From IMG/VR virus record IMGVR_UViG_3300031555_003522, positions 143,862-207,861 of that record: a stretch of 64,000 nt of DNA. The stretch is one strand, 5' to 3'. Of the stretch, positions 60,825-64,000 are shown piece by piece. The notes under the pieces are model-generated. The model was not told where the DNA came from and searched no databases. It saw nothing but the letters and a program-made list of their open reading frames with translations. How positions within the stretch are numbered: the first letter of the stretch is position 1; every line of letters begins with the position of its first letter. The stretch is from a virus. Its lineage: Duplodnaviria > Caudoviricetes. The position numbers and the translations under genes are program-made.

Positions 60825-62211
60825 AAAAGAAACTAATCCGTTGGTTGATACTGGTCTTCTTGGTAAGATCAAAACAAGTGTCAGTAGCAAAAAAGCTAAT
60901 GCTGAATCTACTGTAAAGAATGGTAGTATTTATGCTGCATTTGTTGCTATGAATGATGCAATGAGAATTTGTGCAGAGACTTCTGCATGCTGTTGGGATA
61001 AGCCCATTCCTGAAGAGTATGCTGATAAGGCAGAATATGTTGCTAAGCGTGTTCGTGTTGGTCATACTTCTGTCATGGAGCATTCCAATTTTGTTACCTA
61101 TTTCCGCGTCCCTATGAATTACATAGAAGATCTTGTTACATTCTTAACGGAGTGTGATTATTTGAGTACTTGGTCTCATACTACTAAGAATGGCGATGGA
61201 TTCCATCTGCTGATTGGTGGTTCTCTGAGAGGCTACTCAGATCTCTATAGAGAAACTAGTGATCTCAATAATGTAATTCTTAAAGCCATTACAGGTATAC
61301 TGAAGGTATATTCTAATTCTGCAGCATTTGCAGATATTGGTAAGCTTGGCTTGATTGATATCGATGGATTTATGAATGTCGATCCTATGATCAATGAAGC
61401 TGATGTTATTTCTACTCTTAACGTAGAATCTTGTGATCAGTTCGATGTTGTATCTATGGATTCTATGAATAAGCTAGTTGAAAAGATTTGGGCTATCGAT
61501 CCAGAAATTGTCCCCATGCTGAAGGTCTATGATCTGCTTCCCTTCTTGAGTATTACAATCAACTTCAAGAATATGAGCCGTATTATCACTCAGCAGCTAT
61601 GCCGTCATAGAAACGGCATCACTCAGGAGTCTCAGCGCTATGTAGATTATTCTAAGAGTGCTTTTAATTCTCCTGCTAAGTATGTATCTAAATATGACGA
61701 TACTCATAAGTATGCTGTTCGTTTTGGCTCTTCTAGTCCCCTTATGCACTTGACACTTCAGGAGATTGGTGAAGCTATGGGTTCTGTATATGAGCAGCTG
61801 AATAATCCGGCTATTACTGGTAATAATTATGCCCTGAAGCGTGAAGATGCCCGAGCATATCTGCCCAATAATACCATCTGTCGGAAGATTTATATGACAT
61901 TCACATTCAAGAGCTTGCTTAAGTTCCTTGACTTGAGAGAAGACTCTGCAGCTCAGGCTGAGATTCGTTTCTATGCTACAAAGATTGGTGACTGGTGGAG
62001 ATCTGTATCTCCTTTTACCTCCAAGGAAGCCTGTCAGGAGTATATTAAGCCGAAGCTACTGTGCGCTCACAATATTGCATTCTATCTCGGTGATCTCGAG
62101 ACTGCTGAAGAGGTTGTTGATATTACTGAGGAGGATTATATTAAGGCTGCCGGTCTCGATAAAGAGATGGAAGCAGAAGCGGCTGCTGGTGGACTTCAGT
62201 CTGCAACCTAA
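60817..62211 (+). CDS. thyX: Flavin-dependent thymidylate synthase (extended)
   Basis: GHTSVMEH, SRIITQQLCRHR, QESQRYV, EDARAYLP, LR..AAQAEIR. Confidence 0.88.
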   Translation: MAKKETNPLVDTGLLGKIKTSVSSKKANAESTVKNGSIYAAFVAMNDAMRICAETSACCWDKPIPEEYADKAEYVAKRVRVGHTSVMEHSNFVTYFRVPMNYIEDLVTFLTECDYLSTWSHTTKNGDGFHLLIGGSLRGYSDLYRETSDLNNVILKAITGILKVYSNSAAFADIGKLGLIDIDGFMNVDPMINEADVISTLNVESCDQFDVVSMDSMNKLVEKIWAIDPEIVPMLKVYDLLPFLSITINFKNMSRIITQQLCRHRNGITQESQRYVDYSKSAFNSPAKYVSKYDDTHKYAVRFGSSSPLMHLTLQEIGEAMGSVYEQLNNPAITGNNYALKREDARAYLPNNTICRKIYMTFTFKSLLKFLDLREDSAAQAEIRFYATKIGDWWRSVSPFTSKEACQEYIKPKLLCAHNIAFYLGDLETAEEVVDITEEDYIKAAGLDKEMEAEAAAGGLQSAT

Positions 62212-62287
62212 ACATTATAAAGGTAGGAAGATTAAATTCTTCCTACCTTTCTCAGTTGCTTGATTTAGGTTAACATAGGATTAAAGG

Positions 62288-63028
62288 ATGGTGATTTTTG
62301 TGAGAGATCCCGATAGTATTGTAAAAGGGTATGAGTTGGAAGCACCACCTGCAGTTATAGAAATGCGGGATATTCCAGAATATAACCTTTATGACTTTGA
62401 TCTTAATGATGAAAAATCTTTTAAAAAATATATGCAAGCCATAGAGAAATGTGTACGCACATCATTCGAGTATAAAGCTATGGTAAGCTACTTAAGAGAG
62501 TATATGGATATGAATCAATGCGCTTTCTACTCCAATGTGAATAATATAGATAGTACTAAAATTCATATCGAGATACATCACGAGCCTCTTAGTTTGTATG
62601 ATATTTGTATTATTGTCTACAATAAGAGAGTTGCATTCAATGAACCTCTTGATGAAGAGTATGTAGCAAAGGAAGTAATGTATCTTCATTATAATTTAAT
62701 GGTAGGCCTTATTCCTCTTGCAGAAACTGTTCATCAGTTAGTTCATGCCCAATATTTATTTGTTCCTACAACTGCTGTTTTAGGATACTATAAAGAGTTT
62801 GTATCTAGATATCAGCCCTATATGCTCCCAGAACAGATAGAGGTGTTGGAGCATATTGAAAAAGCTACAGAAGTATATAATAGCGATGATGCTAAAACAC
62901 TTCTGTCTACTAATTATATTTATATGGATATGTCCGGAGCATATAATATGCCAAAGACAGAAGATATTATAGGTATGGTAAAAGGCCGTATAAAAGAAAT
63001 ATTTGATGAAAAGAACGCCCAAAATTAA
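62288..63028 (+). CDS. HNH-like nuclease-fold protein
   Basis: C..IEIHHEP...LIPLAETVHQLVH. Confidence 0.5.
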   Translation: MVIFVRDPDSIVKGYELEAPPAVIEMRDIPEYNLYDFDLNDEKSFKKYMQAIEKCVRTSFEYKAMVSYLREYMDMNQCAFYSNVNNIDSTKIHIEIHHEPLSLYDICIIVYNKRVAFNEPLDEEYVAKEVMYLHYNLMVGLIPLAETVHQLVHAQYLFVPTTAVLGYYKEFVSRYQPYMLPEQIEVLEHIEKATEVYNSDDAKTLLSTNYIYMDMSGAYNMPKTEDIIGMVKGRIKEIFDEKNAQN

Positions 63029-63156
63029 TCATTTTATCATAAATCGTCCATTATATGGTCGATTTAAATAGTTTTTAACTACAACATATAAATAAAATTC
63101 CATACAATTTTCGGAATTGATCAATTCATAACCAAAAATATAAGGAGGAAATAGAA

Positions 63157-63777
63157 ATGTTGTTTTCTACCCATCCCCGCAAGCTGCTGTCTGAGGCTGC
63201 TGCTGCGGATTTGCTGGATCCCAAGGTCAGTGACGAGGTTAAGGAAGTCATTGATGATATGGAAGACATTCTGACCAATAATATCGAAGAGGTCAAGGAT
63301 GAAGATAAGACCACTAATGGTGGTGTTCCCGTTGTTGCTGAAGCTGTTGCTATGCTGGAGTCTACCAATACTTATGGTAAGGCCAAGTATCTGATTACTC
63401 TGGAGTCTGTTATCGCTGTTATGGAGAATGAGGGCGAGAAGCTGGCTGCTGAAGCTGAAGAGGTCGAACCTGGTGAAGCTCCCGCTCCCGAGGCTGTTGA
63501 AGCTCATGAGCCCCATGCCGCTAACGTTATCGAGGATATCGCAAATCGTAATGGCGTTGAGGCTGATCAGGTCGCTGTTGTTATTAGCGCTGAGAACTTC
63601 CGTTTCCTGGCTGAGATGGCTCTGCTGGAAGCTAAGTGTGGTAAGGCTCCTGAGGAGTGCGAGGCTGCCAAGAAGCTTGGCAAGGCTCGTAAGGTTGCTA
63701 AGGAACTGCAGTCTGGCGATGTCGCTATGGTCGTTGCCAAGAAGAAGGCAGTTAAGAAGGCCAAGAAGGCAAAGTAA
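63157..63777 (+). CDS. Abundant late protein, acidic body with Lys/Ala-rich tail (probable internal head protein)
   Basis: Strong codon bias; AACA-N6-TA; LSEA/MLES/LLEA sites; C-terminal AKKKAVKKAKKAK. Confidence 0.65.
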   Translation: MLFSTHPRKLLSEAAAADLLDPKVSDEVKEVIDDMEDILTNNIEEVKDEDKTTNGGVPVVAEAVAMLESTNTYGKAKYLITLESVIAVMENEGEKLAAEAEEVEPGEAPAPEAVEAHEPHAANVIEDIANRNGVEADQVAVVISAENFRFLAEMALLEAKCGKAPEECEAAKKLGKARKVAKELQSGDVAMVVAKKKAVKKAKKAK

Positions 63778-63919
63778 GTCTTTTTCATAATTTTCATTCC
63801 TTTCTGTCTTGAGGTAGTGGAGAAATCCACTACCTCAATCAATTTTGTAATACTCCTATTGGTTAGATATTATATCTTTGGAAACAACAAAATAAAATTA
63901 TCTATAAGAAGGTGAAAAT

Positions 63920-64000
63920 GTGGTAATTAATCTATTTTGTGATGCATCTATTGATTTAGATAAAAAGGTAGCATGTGGAGGTTGCTATATTACATGTCAA
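63920..64000 (+). CDS. Ribonuclease H-like protein, partial (5' end)
   Basis: GTG start after GAAGGTG; MVINLFCDAS..ACGG resembles the first RNase HI catalytic strand. Confidence 0.55.
   Translation, partial: MVINLFCDASIDLDKKVACGGCYITCQ

Noticed and set aside
62288-63028. HNH-like ORF as the trans-acting homing endonuclease for the introns
   Set aside because: Far from the target genes, has a late promoter and no visible DNA-binding repeats; no supporting evidence in the window
1351-63840. Numerous perfect intergenic inverted repeats as MITEs or a repeat family
   Set aside because: Sequences are unrelated to each other and flanked by A/T runs at gene ends: ordinary, often bidirectional, intrinsic terminators

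Overview
64 kb of a large AT-rich contractile-tailed jumbo phage of the phiKZ/AR9 type, i.e. one encoding multisubunit RNA polymerases. Strong AGGAG(G) ribosome-binding sites suggest a Firmicutes host (inference). Virion and packaging genes: portal, tail tube and sheath, tail-fibre-like proteins, prohead protease, major capsid protein, terminase large subunit. Other genes: RNAP beta'-C subunit(s), an SF2 helicase, a GroEL-like chaperonin, a DHH phosphoesterase fused to a nucleoside-deoxyribosyltransferase-like domain, thymidylate kinase, ThyX, an HU-like protein and a partial RNase H. The standout is a group I intron system that the ORF track fragments. The catalytic subunit of a split family-B DNA polymerase (20022-23908, minus strand) reassembles into one 703-aa ORF after removal of FIVE group I introns. 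Three of them lie inside motif B (..QLLL|KIDA|NG|FYG..), separated by micro-exons of 13 and 7 nt. One splits DTD|S. Two are near-identical twins with a rewritten guide sequence, and one twin loops out a cargo ORF that is not a recognisable endonuclease. A sixth intron (partial) interrupts motif A of the second polymerase subunit. A seventh, with covaried core helices, interrupts the terminase. Also seen: an AR9-like late promoter (AAC[A/T]-N6-TA) and an early TATATTAT motif, two candidate structured ncRNAs, a candidate sliding clamp with a shared [E/Q]-P-I-x-F motif in DNA-transaction proteins, and two degenerate MazF-fold paralogues. All calls are by-eye motif recognition; no database searches were run.
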